Source: Candidatus Dojkabacteria bacterium
Lineage (GTDB): Bacteria > Patescibacteriota > Dojkabacteria > GCA-002793355
Direction of reading: 5' to 3'
Length of the DNA: 64,000 nt
Assembly (NCBI GenBank): GCA_030583685.1
Contig: CP129470.1
Location: 566,558-630,557, forward strand
Part shown: positions 29,230 through 40,470 of the stretch, one piece after another
Layout: the number at the start of each line of letters is the position of its first letter
How positions within the stretch are numbered: the stretch's first letter is position 1
Translations under genes and position numbers: made by a program
The notes under the pieces: generated by a model
Database searches by the model: none
Told to the model about the DNA's origin: nothing
Seen by the model: only the letters and a program-made list of their open reading frames with translations

Positions 29230-30278
29230 TGAACGTTATTGTAACGCTTGATAATTCAATTACCGCAGGCGGTGGGCATGCAATTTACACGACATTACAA
29301 AAAGATGCCGAACATACAGAGAGAGAAAAACTCATACTCCTTTGCCCAGACGGTGATCTCGCTACATGGGCAAGTGAGTTTGTGACAGTGCAGACCGTTC
29401 CACACTCCTTAGGTAAACGAAAAACAGTTGAGCGACTGTGGCAGTTACTGGTACATAATCCTGAAGTAACGAGTGTGCATATTCATGGTGTCTCATTGCT
29501 TATTCCATTTGTTACAAAGAGTATCTTTACTAAACGGTTCCGCATCGAGTATACGGAACATCTTTACACAAAAGCGTATCTCACCTGGAAAGTCACGGCG
29601 AGAATGTTGGTTCAGTATATTCTGTACTTCTTTATGATTCGGTATTGTAGTCACGTCTACTGCGTTTCTCGAGCGGTTCAGGAATGCGTTACAGGGGTAT
29701 TCTTGTTTCCAAGACAGAAAACAAGTGTTGTTTACAATGTTATTCCTTATTACGGAGGTACGCGAAAGACGCATCAAAGACGGGAAAGAGTTACTTTGAT
29801 TGCAGTCGGAGCATTGCAGGAGGTAAAAAATCACGAACAGTTAGTTGCGATTGTTTCAACACTTCCAGAAAATTATCACCTTGAAATCATTGGAGACGGA
29901 GAAAGGAGGGACACGATTGAAAAGATGATTACCGATAGAAAGTTAGGAAACCGAGTGCGTTTGCGAGGTAGGGTTCCTCATGAAGAAGTGATGCAATTAT
30001 TGCAGGAGGCGGACATCTTTTGTAGCACTTCTCATACCGAAAGTTTTGGATTCGCCATTGCTGAGGCAATGTCTGTCGGACTTCCCGTTATTGCATTTCG
30101 AGTCGGCGGTATTCCAGAAGTAATCACTCACGGAAAAGACGGGTTGTTAATTGCAGGAAAGTCATCTTCTGCCTTTGCTGCTGCAATAAAGAAATTGGGG
30201 GAAGATCCCGAACTTCGGCAAGAAATGGGGGAGAATGGGGTCGCCGCGGTAAAAAAATTCCAAGAGAGTAGCCGGTAG
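29229..30278 (+). CDS. glycosyltransferase family 4 (GT-B fold)
   Basis: C-terminal EAMSVGLPVIAFRVGGIPEVITHGKDGLL matches the GT4/GT1 EX7E-region consensus. Confidence 0.8.
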   Translation: MNVIVTLDNSITAGGGHAIYTTLQKDAEHTEREKLILLCPDGDLATWASEFVTVQTVPHSLGKRKTVERLWQLLVHNPEVTSVHIHGVSLLIPFVTKSIFTKRFRIEYTEHLYTKAYLTWKVTARMLVQYILYFFMIRYCSHVYCVSRAVQECVTGVFLFPRQKTSVVYNVIPYYGGTRKTHQRRERVTLIAVGALQEVKNHEQLVAIVSTLPENYHLEIIGDGERRDTIEKMITDRKLGNRVRLRGRVPHEEVMQLLQEADIFCSTSHTESFGFAIAEAMSVGLPVIAFRVGGIPEVITHGKDGLLIAGKSSSAFAAAIKKLGEDPELRQEMGENGVAAVKKFQESSR

Positions 30279-30314
30279 GGCACGAATAGGAAGGGAACTA
30301 AGGGGGAGGAACTG

Positions 30315-30343
30315 TTGACTTTGTCACATTCGGCGTGTATAAT
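30315..30343 (+). promoter_or_regulatory. sigma70-like promoter TTGACT-17-TATAAT
   Basis: -35 TTGACT at 30315..30320, a 17-nt spacer, -10 TATAAT at 30338..30343. This is an 11/12 match to consensus. It lies upstream of the DsbA-like gene and the rpoBC-rpsLG-rplY block. Confidence 0.45.
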
Positions 30344-31262
30344 CCATTCAGCCATGTCTATTTACACCAACGCAAAGCCCGAAATGTCGAAAATTCGGGA
30401 TAAAAATAACATGCGCATCTCAGAACCTGTTTCCCCAAAAAGCGCAAATCAACCAACAGAGGTTGAAGTAAGTCTCCCAATGCTGCTGGTTATTATCGGC
30501 GCAATCGGTCTTGTTGGTTTTGCATTATTCAATTTTTTTACTAAAGGAGGTGAAAATCCACTGGTGAAACAACCTCCTGCAACGCTTGGAGAAGGGCTCG
30601 TGGATGTAACTGTTTCAACCGATTATCTAACCATTGAAGGCAAAGAAGATGCTTCATATATCTTTGTTGAATTAAGTGACTTCGAGTGTCCGTATTGTCA
30701 AGCATTTTCAGTTGGTTTTCAGGGCGAGACTGAGTCAACGGCAGCAAAAATTAAGAAACGATATTTTGACACAGGAATTATGAAACGAGGGTATGCCCCT
30801 TATATTGCTGTTGCTTCCCACAAACCTGCAGCAACGAACGAAACACTTGGTTTTTATTGTGCACAAGAACAGGGGAAAGGGTTTGCCTTTTTTGATGGGG
30901 TATTTGCAAGAACAGGTGGAAATGGTCTTGGAATTGACCAAAAAGGAGCTGAAAGAGGTGCAATTATTTCACTCGCAAAAGATATTGGTGCAGACGAGGA
31001 ACAATTTACCGCCTGTTATGACAAACGAGATATTGTTGCCATCGATAGAATCCAAGAAAAAATTGATCAAGAAATTAGAACACCGTGGGGTGACAAGTTT
31101 GGTTCCCAGAACTTTGGGACTCCTGCATTCGCGGTGTGTAAACTTTCTGCAGATAATCCAACAGCTTGTGTTGGGAAGGCTTATGTTGGTGCTTGGCCTT
31201 ATGCAGACATGGAAGGAGTAATTGATACATTCCTGGGCGAAGACGCGCCAGAGAAGAATTAA
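30315..31262 (+). CDS. second membrane-anchored DsbA-like thiol-disulfide oxidoreductase
   Basis: TM anchor, then CPYCQAF in a thioredoxin-like domain. A TTG at 30315 has a strong SD (GGGGGAGG) 5 nt upstream. An alternative ATG at 30354 lies 10 nt after a near-consensus promoter, which would give a leaderless mRNA. Confidence 0.7.
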   Translation: MTLSHSACIIHSAMSIYTNAKPEMSKIRDKNNMRISEPVSPKSANQPTEVEVSLPMLLVIIGAIGLVGFALFNFFTKGGENPLVKQPPATLGEGLVDVTVSTDYLTIEGKEDASYIFVELSDFECPYCQAFSVGFQGETESTAAKIKKRYFDTGIMKRGYAPYIAVASHKPAATNETLGFYCAQEQGKGFAFFDGVFARTGGNGLGIDQKGAERGAIISLAKDIGADEEQFTACYDKRDIVAIDRIQEKIDQEIRTPWGDKFGSQNFGTPAFAVCKLSADNPTACVGKAYVGAWPYADMEGVIDTFLGEDAPEKN

Positions 31263-31280
31263 CTTGACCGAGGATTTGTA

Positions 31281-34200
31281 ATGGCAAAAGTACGACAACG
31301 ACTCAACCTTGCAAAAAACAAATTTGAGTTTGCATTTCCGGACTTTTTTGAGTCGCACCACCGCTCCTATAATTGGTTTTTATCTGAAGGCATTAAGCAG
31401 TTGCTTGCAAGCATCAATCCAATCAAGGATAGCCTTGAAAAGATGTGGAGTTTGGAGCTTTTGGATTATTACTTCAAAGAGCCTGAAGTTACGTTAACAG
31501 AAGCACTTGAATACGATTTGACCTACAGCAAGCCGATGTTTGTGAAGGCAAAATTGACAAACCTTCGTGATAATGAGGTGAAAACGCAAGATGTGTATTT
31601 TATGGATGTGCCCGTTCTCACCGAACAAGGTCATTTTGTCATTAATGGAGTTGTTCGTACCGTTCGTCACCAGCTTGTTCGTTCAGAAGGTGTTATTTAC
31701 CAGGAAGAGAAAAATCCATTACTCGTTTCAGCAGGAGAAATTAACAAAGTAGTCGCTCGATTAATCCCATCTCGTGGTGCCTGGTATCTTTTTGATGTCA
31801 ACAAGAAGAATGTTATGACCATTCGTCTGATTCGTCAGCGTGTCAAAATTTTGGTTACCACCTTGCTTCGAGCATTAAAAGGATATACAAATCAGCAAAT
31901 TATCGCAATGTTTAAGGATGTTGATCCTGATGGTAAGTATATTAAAGCAACCCTTGATCACGATAGAACAACAACTCGAGAAGAAGCAGTTATGGATATT
32001 TATGCGAAACTTCGACCAAATGAAGTCGCGACCTATGATCGAGCAAATCGTTATGTCCGAGGTTTCTTCTTCGACTCACGTCGATTCTTCCTTGGACCTG
32101 TGGGACGATATCAATTGAATCAGAAACTTGGTTCACTATTCAAGAAACCGAAACTTTACACCAAGGATATTGTTGCTATTTTGCGACATTTGGTCTTGGT
32201 TAATGAAGGCAAAGAAAGTACAGACGATGTCGATAGTTTGATGAACCGAAGAGTGAAGAGTGTAGGAGAAATTCTTTTCCAAGTAGCAAACGATGCTATG
32301 TCTCGTTTTGAACGAAATGTCAAAGATCGCATGAGCCGACTTGGTAATGAAAAGGGAGTCATGCCTGCAAGTTTGATGAATACAAAGACTATTTCCGCAC
32401 AATTAGAATCCTTCTTCAGTATGTCTCAGCTTTCCAAGTTTATGGAACAGCAGAACATCTTTGGTCAGATTGAAGAATTACGACGAATGACCGCAAAAGG
32501 ACCTGGTGGTTTGGAAACAAAGAATGCAGGATTTTCTGTTCGTGACGTTCACTTTTCTCACTATTCACGAATTTGTCCGGTTACTTCGCCGGAAGGTATT
32601 AATGCTGGTCTGGTAACACACTTTTCTGTGTATGCTCGGTTGAATAAATATGGTTTTGTTGAGGCTCCTTTCAGAAAGTTGCAGAACGAAGTAAAGAATA
32701 CCGAAAAAGAATTGGGTAATCGAATTCTTCGTGAAGATATTGAAATTGGTAAAAAAACCATTGCGAAGGGAACCTTTATTGATGCAAAAGTTGCAAAAGA
32801 AGTCACAAAGGCTAAAAAGGACACCATTCAGGTGTATCCATTCTTGACCAACGAAGTCGTTTACTTCAGCTATCATGAAGAAAAGAATAAGTATGTTGCT
32901 ATGTATAGTGCTGCTCACGATGAATACGGAAACTATCTTCCAGGAATCGTTACTGCACGACACGATGGCGATTATCATCTAGAGTCATCTGAAAAAATTC
33001 AGTATGTCGATGTCCATGGTTGGCAGATTGGTTCTCTTGGTCTTGCCTTAATTCCGTTTGCAGATAGAACAAACTCATACCGAACAATGATGGGTAGCAA
33101 CATGCAGAGGCAGGCGCTTCCGTTGGTATTCCCAGAGGCGCCGTACGTTGCAACGGGTGTAGAGCGAGAAATTGCACGACAGAGTGGTATGGCATTGTAT
33201 GCAGAAAAAGACGGTACTGTCGAATATGCAGATGCAAATTACATTGTGATGAAATATAAGGACGGAGAGAAGAAAGAGTATAGACTCTCAAATTTTGCTC
33301 GAACAAATGACAATACCGTTCTCAGCCAAAAAGTCTTGGTAAATCCGGGCGAGAAAGTTCAGAAGGGTGATTTACTCGTTGATGGTCCAAGCATGGATCA
33401 GGGAGAACTTGCTCTCGGGCGAAATGTGTTGGTTGCGGTACTTTCTTACGAAGGGTACAACTACGATGACGGTTTTGCTATCTCAGAAAAGATTGTACAA
33501 AACGACATGTTTAGCACAGTCCAGCTCAAACTGTATACGCAAGATCTTCGAGAAACAAAAACAGGTCCAGAAATTCTGACCTCAGATATTCCTGGTTTGA
33601 ACTATAAACTGTTAAGAAATTTGACTGCAGAAGGAATTGTTCGCACAGGGAGCGTTGTTCGTGGCGGTGATATTCTTGCAGGTATTATTTCGCAGAAAGC
33701 AGAAAAACAACTTTCTCCTGAAGAAGCGTTACTTCACGCAGTCTTTGGTGAATCAGCTAAGGAAGTAAAGAATAACTCACTTCGAATGCCGTACGGTTCT
33801 GAAGGAATTATTGTGAAGACACAAATTCTTTCGAGAGAAGATGGGTATAAATTACCTGCTGGTGTTCTTCGTCGGGTGAAAGTATGGGTATCAGAATTGA
33901 AACGTGTAAACTACGGTGATAAATTCTCAGGATACTATGGAGATAAAGGAACGGTATCCGCGATTCTTCCTGTGGAAGATATGCCATACTTGGCAGATGG
34001 AACCCCAGTTGATGTCGTCATGACACCGTTGTTGGTTAAGCGTATGAACATGGGTATCTTATTCCAGATGTATTACTCAACGCTTGCAAAAGAATCGGGT
34101 GAAATGCTTGAAATTCCAAACTTTGAAGAGTTAGACGAAAAGGAAATTGAGCGATTACTCGAGAAGGTTGGTGTCGAAAAACTTGAAAAACAGGTGTTAT

Positions 34201-34730
34201 ACGATGGCCGAACAGGTGAACCATTACAGAATAAGGTTGCAGTCGGTTGGAGATACTTCATTCGATTGAAACACATTGCTGCAGATAAAATGCACGCGCG
34301 ATCAACAGGACCATACTCAGTTGTTACGCAACAACCAGTCGGTGGTAAAGCACAGCTTGGTGGTATGCGTTTCGGAGAAATGGAAGTGTGGGCATTGCAA
34401 GCGCACGGTGTGCCCTATACCTTGCAGGAAATTTTGACGATTAAGTCGGACGATATCAGAGGACGAACGCAGGCATACAAGTCCATCATCCAGGGTGATC
34501 CAATCAAGATGGTTAATATCCCAGAATCGTTCCACGTCTTAGTGAAGGAATTGAATTCGTTGGGTATTAAGGTGGAATTGATAAAAGGAGAACGAGAGGA
34601 AGCTGCAGAGGAATTAATTCGAGAAGAGGCACAAGCCGATGACGAAGATATGCCGATGTCAGAGAATAAAGAGGTTCTTGTTTCAGACGAGATGCCTCAA
34701 GAAGAAGTTAACATGAAGGAGGAGGACTAA
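31281..34730 (+). CDS. rpoB: DNA-directed RNA polymerase subunit beta
   Basis: 1149 aa with conserved beta-subunit blocks throughout, for example [29 protein letters not shown] and the C-terminal [17 protein letters not shown]. Confidence 0.97.
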   Translation: [1149 protein letters not shown]

Positions 34731-34732
34731 AC

Positions 34733-37700
34733 ATGCAAGACTTTTCAGCAATTAAATTGCTTCTTGCGTCACCAGAAGATATGCTCAACTGGTCATACGG
34801 TGAAGTTCAGACTGCGGAAACAATCAACTACCGAAGCTTAAAAGCTGAGCCTCAGGGATTGATGTGTGAACGAATTTTTGGACCAATCAAAGACTATGAG
34901 TGTTATTGTGGAAAATATCGTAAGAAGAAGTATAAGGGAATTGTTTGTGACAAGTGTGGTGTTGAAATTGCACCTGCAAAGGTTCGTCGTGAACGAATGG
35001 GGCATATTAAACTCGCTGTTCCCGTTGTTCATGTCTGGTACGCCTACGGTGTCCCTGCAAAACTTGCCATCTTATTGAACATTCCTTCCAAGAAGTTGAT
35101 TTCGGTCATCTACTATATTCGCTATGTTGTTACAGAAATCGACAAAGAAAAGCAGCAAGCCGCATTGAAAGAGGTTGATGAGTTACTTGAAGCAGAATTG
35201 ACACGTGTTGATGCAGAATATGCAGAGAGACTCAAGGAACTTGGAGCCAAACTTGCTTCATCAAAGAAGAAACAATCAAGCAAGAAAATTTCAGATACCG
35301 ATCGAGTCGACCTTGATAAAGATACAGACTTGCTTTCAAAGCAGAACGCCTTGATGAAGAAGGAAGTTGTCGATGCAAAAGATGAAATCACGAAGCGTTT
35401 TGAGAACCTTCGCTCAATTGTTTCAGAATTGCACTATAAATCAGTGATTTCTGAAGAATCATATCGAGATTTACAGCAATTGGGAACACAGTTCTTTACT
35501 GTTGATATGGGTGCCTCCGCAATGGAGAAATTACTTGGTGATCTTGATCTTCCTGCGCTCAAGGTGCAACTTGAAGATTTGTACAACACAACAAAGGGTG
35601 CCGCACGAATTCAGGTAGAAAGGCGTTTGAAGCTTGTTGAAGGTTTTGTCCGTAATGGATTAAATCCTCAATGGTTGGTGTTGAAGGTTGTTCCTGTTCT
35701 TCCCGCAGATTTGCGACCAATCGTTGCTCTTGCAGGGGGAAGATTCGCGATCTCCGATGTAAACGATTTGTACCGCCGTGTTATCAACCGAAACAATCGA
35801 TTGAAGGAATTGATGGAAATTGGAGCACCAGATATTATCTTGCGAAATGAGAAACGAATGTTGCAAGAAGCCTTTGATGCTTTAATCGATAACCAACATC
35901 GCTTCAACAAACCCGTCTTAAACAGAATGGGTATTCCCTATAAATCATTGACTGAAGGATTACGAGGAAAGAAAGGTCGATTCCGAAGAAACTTGCTTGG
36001 AAAGCGAGTCGATTATTCAGGACGAGCCGTAATTATCCCAGATACCAACATGTCATTGGAACAGTGTGGTTTGCCAAAACTTCTCGCTTTGGAGATGTTC
36101 AAGCCATTCGTTGTTCACAAAATGATCGCAAAAGGTCTTGCTGCAACGATTAAGGAAGCAAAGGACCTCATCGAAGCATATGACAGTAGATTGTGGGATA
36201 TCTTGGAAGAGGTGATTAGCAATAGAACCGTCATGTTGAACCGACCTCCAACGCTTCACAAATACAATATTCAGGCATTCAGACCAGTATTGGTTGAAGG
36301 AAGCGCAATTCGTATTAACCAGTTGGTGGCACCAGGGTATAACGCAGACTTCGATGGTGACCAAATGTCTGTATTCTTGGTACTCAGTAATGAAGCTTTA
36401 GAAGAAACAACCAGTGCAATGCTTTCCCGATACAACTTGTTGAAAGTTGCCGACGGAACACCAATCATTTCCTTCGCAAAGGATATGGTCATTGGGTTGT
36501 ACAACTTAACCAGCTTTGATGAAGCATATGTGAAAGAGAAAGATGAGGACTATCCGGTCTTTGCCTCACGATATGATGTTATGCGTGCGGAATCGCTTGG
36601 TGAGATTAATTTGCGACAACCAGTACGTGTGTATATTGATGAGAAAATTGGAACAGTTGTGTCCAGTGCTGGACGATTGATCTTTAATGAGCTCCTTCCG
36701 GCGGACTTCCGTTTTGTGAATGAAACTGTAACCAAAAAAGCAGGAAACAATATTTTGCAAGAAATTGTTGTTTCTCACACACTCGAAGAATCAATTGCAT
36801 TCTTGGATGAAGCAAAGAAGCTTTCTTTCAAATACGCAACACTTTCAGGGTTTACTATGTCTCGAACAGATTTAGTTACCTCTGCCAATAAGGGTGAAGT
36901 TATCGAAGAAGCGAAGCAGAAAGAACTTGCAATTCAAGAACAGTATTTGATGGGTATGTTGGATGCAAAAGAAAAAGGACGAGCTGTTGTTAAACTTTGG
37001 AAGGATGTTTCAGATCGTTTGTCCAATATGGTGTGGGAACATCTTCCTGAGCAAAATCCATTGAAATTGCAGGTTACTGCAGGTGCAAACGGAGACAAAT
37101 CTCAGGCAGCACAGATCCTTGCGATGCAGGGTGTTGTTACTGATCCTATGGGTAACTACGTTCAATTCCCGATTATCGGAAACTATGCAGAAGGCTTGAA
37201 CTCGTATGAATACTTTGTTTCTGCTCGTGGAGCTCGTAAAGGTGCGGTAGACACTGCACTTAAAACAGCACAGTCGGGATATATGACGCGAAAATTAACC
37301 GATGTATCACAGGATGTCATCGTCCGTATGGAAGATTGTGGTTACGAAGGATCAGGGCATATCATCAGCCGTACCGATATTCGAGACATGTCATTCGAGA
37401 AACGAATGGTTGGACGATATCTGACTCAGGATGTTGTTGGAACAGACAAGAAAAAGACTGTTTTGGCACAAAAAGGTGATCTAATTACCGTCGAACTCGC
37501 AGAAACACTTGATAAAGCTGGTGTTGAAGCAGTTTGGGTTCGTTCACCAATGCTTTGTAAAGCACCTGTGGGAATGTGTGCAAAGTGTTATGGATACGAC
37601 TTCGGTTTGTATCAAACCGTTGAACTTGGAAAAGCTGTAGGTGTTATTGCCGCACAATCAATCTCAGAACCTATGACACAGATGACGCTCCGAACCTTCC

Positions 37701-38611
37701 ACGCAGGTGGAGTCGGATCAGATATTACCTCAGGTATTCCTCGTATTGTAGAATTGATTGAAGCTCGTGAACCAAAATACCCAGCGCTTCTTGCAGGAAT
37801 CACAGGTAAAGTACAAGTGACCGAGAAGAACATCATTATTACTGGTGAAAGACAGCAAAAGAAAGGCTATGTCGTGCAAGATAATGACACCGTTCATGTC
37901 GAAGACAAGAAACAAGTCTCGCATGGTGACGTTATCTTTACCATGAGTAATGGCAAAGAAGTCAAAGCAATCTTTGACGGAGAGGTTCAGATTACTGGAA
38001 ATGCAATCTATGTTGTTGGTTCAACCAAAGCTCAGGAAACGCTAACGATTCCTTCCTATGGAGAAGTCTTAGTACAAAACGGCGATACCGTCGAGCGAGG
38101 CCAGCAATTAACCAGCGGTAGCGTTGATCCTAAGGTACTTTCGGATTACAAAGGGTTATACGAAGCACAGAAATATGTGTTGGACGAATGTCAGCGCGTT
38201 TTCTTGGATTATGGTGTAACCTTGCGAGATCTTCACTTGGAGATTATTACTCGACAAATGACGAAGTTAACAAAGATCGTAGATGCAGGTGATACTGGCT
38301 ACACTCGAGGAACTTTTGTTAACCGATTCCTTGCTGATTTCCATAACGAACAGTTAGAAAAAGCTGGAAAGAAACCAATGACGTACATCACTCGATTACT
38401 CGGTGTTACCGTTATCTCTCTAAATGCAGAAAGTATTCTTTCGGCGATGTCCTTCCAGGAGCAAGTAAAAGTGCTTTCTGAAGCGGCAATAGTCGGTAGA
38501 ACAGACTTCTTGCGTGGATTGAAAGAGAATGTTATCATTGGTCGCTTGATTCCTGTCGGAAAAAGGGCTATAATCAGCGAGATAGATAAGCTTGAAGAAC
38601 TATCGGTCTAA
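34733..38611 (+). CDS. rpoC: DNA-directed RNA polymerase subunit beta'
   Basis: 1292 aa with the N-terminal zinc-binding Cys cluster ([22 protein letters not shown]), the catalytic NADFDGDQM motif and trigger loop/bridge helix regions. A strong SD (GGAGGAGG) precedes the start. Confidence 0.97.
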   Translation: MQDFSAIKLLLASPEDMLNWSYGEVQTAETINYRSLKAEPQGLMCERIFGPIKDYECYCGKYRKKKYKGIVCDKCGVEIAPAKVRRERMGHIKLAVPVVHVWYAYGVPAKLAILLNIPSKKLISVIYYIRYVVTEIDKEKQQAALKEVDELLEAELTRVDAEYAERLKELGAKLASSKKKQSSKKISDTDRVDLDKDTDLLSKQNALMKKEVVDAKDEITKRFENLRSIVSELHYKSVISEESYRDLQQLGTQFFTVDMGASAMEKLLGDLDLPALKVQLEDLYNTTKGAARIQVERRLKLVEGFVRNGLNPQWLVLKVVPVLPADLRPIVALAGGRFAISDVNDLYRRVINRNNRLKELMEIGAPDIILRNEKRMLQEAFDALIDNQHRFNKPVLNRMGIPYKSLTEGLRGKKGRFRRNLLGKRVDYSGRAVIIPDTNMSLEQCGLPKLLALEMFKPFVVHKMIAKGLAATIKEAKDLIEAYDSRLWDILEEVISNRTVMLNRPPTLHKYNIQAFRPVLVEGSAIRINQLVAPGYNADFDGDQMSVFLVLSNEALEETTSAMLSRYNLLKVADGTPIISFAKDMVIGLYNLTSFDEAYVKEKDEDYPVFASRYDVMRAESLGEINLRQPVRVYIDEKIGTVVSSAGRLIFNELLPADFRFVNETVTKKAGNNILQEIVVSHTLEESIAFLDEAKKLSFKYATLSGFTMSRTDLVTSANKGEVIEEAKQKELAIQEQYLMGMLDAKEKGRAVVKLWKDVSDRLSNMVWEHLPEQNPLKLQVTAGANGDKSQAAQILAMQGVVTDPMGNYVQFPIIGNYAEGLNSYEYFVSARGARKGAVDTALKTAQSGYMTRKLTDVSQDVIVRMEDCGYEGSGHIISRTDIRDMSFEKRMVGRYLTQDVVGTDKKKTVLAQKGDLITVELAETLDKAGVEAVWVRSPMLCKAPVGMCAKCYGYDFGLYQTVELGKAVGVIAAQSISEPMTQMTLRTFHAGGVGSDITSGIPRIVELIEAREPKYPALLAGITGKVQVTEKNIIITGERQQKKGYVVQDNDTVHVEDKKQVSHGDVIFTMSNGKEVKAIFDGEVQITGNAIYVVGSTKAQETLTIPSYGEVLVQNGDTVERGQQLTSGSVDPKVLSDYKGLYEAQKYVLDECQRVFLDYGVTLRDLHLEIITRQMTKLTKIVDAGDTGYTRGTFVNRFLADFHNEQLEKAGKKPMTYITRLLGVTVISLNAESILSAMSFQEQVKVLSEAAIVGRTDFLRGLKENVIIGRLIPVGKRAIISEIDKLEELSV

Positions 38612-39033
38612 TGCCAACAATAAATCAACTCGTGCGTAAGGGACGTTCCCAGAAGCGCGTCAAAAAATCTAAGCGTCCAGCCCTGGCGTTCGCGTTTAAC
38701 AAACTTGAAAACAAGGTTGTCAAGCGAAACTCTCCTTTCAAAAAGGGAGTATGTTTGAAGGTCTATATTATGACTCCGAGAAAACCAAACTCGGCACAAC
38801 GTAAGGTCGCAAAAATTCGACTTTCTAACGGTGCACGTGTTATTGCGTATATTCCAGGAGAAGGACATAACCTTCAAGAACACTCTGTCGTTATGATTCG
38901 TGGAGGAAGAAAGCCAGACTTGCCAGGTGTAAAGTATACTGTTGTTCGTGGTACTTACGATACGCAAGGAGTTAAGGACCGACGACAAGCACGATCGTTA
39001 TATGGTAAGAAAATGGAACGAGATGAATCTTAG
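38611..39033 (+). CDS. rpsL: 30S ribosomal protein S12
   Basis: [12 protein letters not shown]...[11 protein letters not shown]...VRGG...DLPGVKY is a full-length S12 match. The start overlaps the rpoC stop (TAATG). Confidence 0.95.
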   Translation: MPTINQLVRKGRSQKRVKKSKRPALAFAFNKLENKVVKRNSPFKKGVCLKVYIMTPRKPNSAQRKVAKIRLSNGARVIAYIPGEGHNLQEHSVVMIRGGRKPDLPGVKYTVVRGTYDTQGVKDRRQARSLYGKKMERDES

Positions 39034-39048
39034 TTTACTAATGAAAGA

Positions 39049-39519
39049 ATGAGAGGACAAAAAGGATCACTTGCAAGAAAAGCCCAACCAGACCCAAAAT
39101 ATGGTTCACCTGTGGTTACCAAATTCATCAACTATATGATGCAAGATGGTCAGAAGGCAACAGCAACCAAAATTGTGTATTCTGGACTCGAAGAGGCAGC
39201 AAAACAATTGAAAGTTGATGTTGTTGCATTAATCGATCAAGTAATCGCAAATGTTATGCCAAAACTTGAAGTGAGAACTCGCCGAATTGGAGGAGCAAAC
39301 TATCAAGTACCGGTTCCTGTCCCTGAAAATCGTGGACTTGCACTCGCATTGAAATGGATTGTGGGTGTTGTTCGTGAAAAGCAGGGAAAACAGATTTACA
39401 AGTTTCTTGCTGAAGAACTGATGCAGGCTTACAAAAACGAAGGTGCAGCAGTCAAGAAGCGAGAAATGGTCGAGAAGATGGCCGAAGCAAACAAGGCATT
39501 TGCTCAGTTTAAATGGTAG
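39049..39519 (+). CDS. rpsG: 30S ribosomal protein S7
   Basis: ARKAQPDPKYGS...FINYMMQDGQK...RRIGGANYQVPV...AVKKREMVEKMAEANKAFAQFKW aligns to S7 end to end. Confidence 0.95.
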   Translation: MRGQKGSLARKAQPDPKYGSPVVTKFINYMMQDGQKATATKIVYSGLEEAAKQLKVDVVALIDQVIANVMPKLEVRTRRIGGANYQVPVPVPENRGLALALKWIVGVVREKQGKQIYKFLAEELMQAYKNEGAAVKKREMVEKMAEANKAFAQFKW

Positions 39520-39579
39520 GAAATAATGTTACAAAGCGATTAAAGCTACTAAAAGTTTTAAAGAATAAAGAAAAAAAGT

Positions 39580-40224
39580 ATGATTGAACTAAAAGCAGAA
39601 AAAAGAACAATTACAGGAAAGAAAAACCGAGGCTTGTTAGCCCAAGGGATTGCTCCTGGAAGCATTAGCAGAAGTGGCTCGGATACAATCCTTGTTCAGG
39701 CTGATCAAATTGCATTAATCGCGTTGACTCGAATCCCTGGTTCTGAGGTAGTCAAGCTAGTTATTGATGACAAAGAAAGCTATAACACCGTTGTTTCTGA
39801 ATTGTATGTAAACCCATTGAATAACAAGGTCGAAGCGTTTTCGTTGACAGAATTGACACCCAAAAGTCATGTTACCGTGCGTGTTCCAATCGTTACTGAA
39901 GGAGTTTCTCCTGCGGTAAAGAACAACCTTGGTGTTCTTATTACCAACTTACCGGAATTGAAAGTGACCGCAAATAGCGAAAATATCATTGATAAAATTG
40001 TCATCGATATTTCGAAATTAGAAGATGTTGGTTCACGTGTGTTGGTATCAGAGTTGCCAGGAATTGAGAAACTCAAGCTTGCCAGCGAAAAAGATAGAAC
40101 CTTGACTGTTGTTACCATTCGACCACTTCAAAAGGTGGAAACTTTTGTCAAGACGGAAGTTGTTGAGGGTGCAGAAGGTGAAACACCGGCAGAAGGTGAA
40201 GCAACCGAAGCAGCAGCAGAGTAA
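39580..40224 (+). CDS. rplY: 50S ribosomal protein L25/general stress protein Ctc
   Basis: MIELKAEKRTITGKKNRGLLAQG then a beta-barrel domain and a Glu/Ala-rich tail, typical of the L25/Ctc form. Confidence 0.75.
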   Translation: MIELKAEKRTITGKKNRGLLAQGIAPGSISRSGSDTILVQADQIALIALTRIPGSEVVKLVIDDKESYNTVVSELYVNPLNNKVEAFSLTELTPKSHVTVRVPIVTEGVSPAVKNNLGVLITNLPELKVTANSENIIDKIVIDISKLEDVGSRVLVSELPGIEKLKLASEKDRTLTVVTIRPLQKVETFVKTEVVEGAEGETPAEGEATEAAAE

Positions 40225-40239
40225 AAACTTCTAGAAATC

Positions 40240-40461
40240 TTATGGTGTCCGAATTGTTTGAATTGTAAGGATATCTTTGGGCTTACACTCTAATGCCTCA
40301 CAAATTCTCAAGAGGGTTTGAAATCGTATACCTCGAGCTTTGCCGGTCTTCAGAATCGAGAGGTTCACAAGAGAAATACCAATTTTTTCTGATAGTTCGG
40401 TCAAGCTCATTTTGCGCTTTGCAAGCATAACATCGAGCGTGATGACAATATCTTTATTCAT
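40240..40461 (-). CDS. XRE-family (Cro/C1-type) HTH transcriptional regulator
   Basis: The 73-aa product has the canonical HTH (MSLTELSEKIGISLVNLSILKTGKARGIRFQTLLRICEALECKPKDIL). Confidence 0.7.
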   Translation of the reverse strand: MNKDIVITLDVMLAKRKMSLTELSEKIGISLVNLSILKTGKARGIRFQTLLRICEALECKPKDILTIQTIRTP

Positions 40462-40470
40462 AGTGTGTTG

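Noticed and set aside
31281-38611. Numerous 60-140-aa antisense/alternate-frame ORFs inside rpoB and rpoC, such as 32565..32978 and 36053..36364
   Set aside because: They are embedded in highly conserved coding sequence on the opposite strand or an alternate frame. They are typical shadow ORFs.
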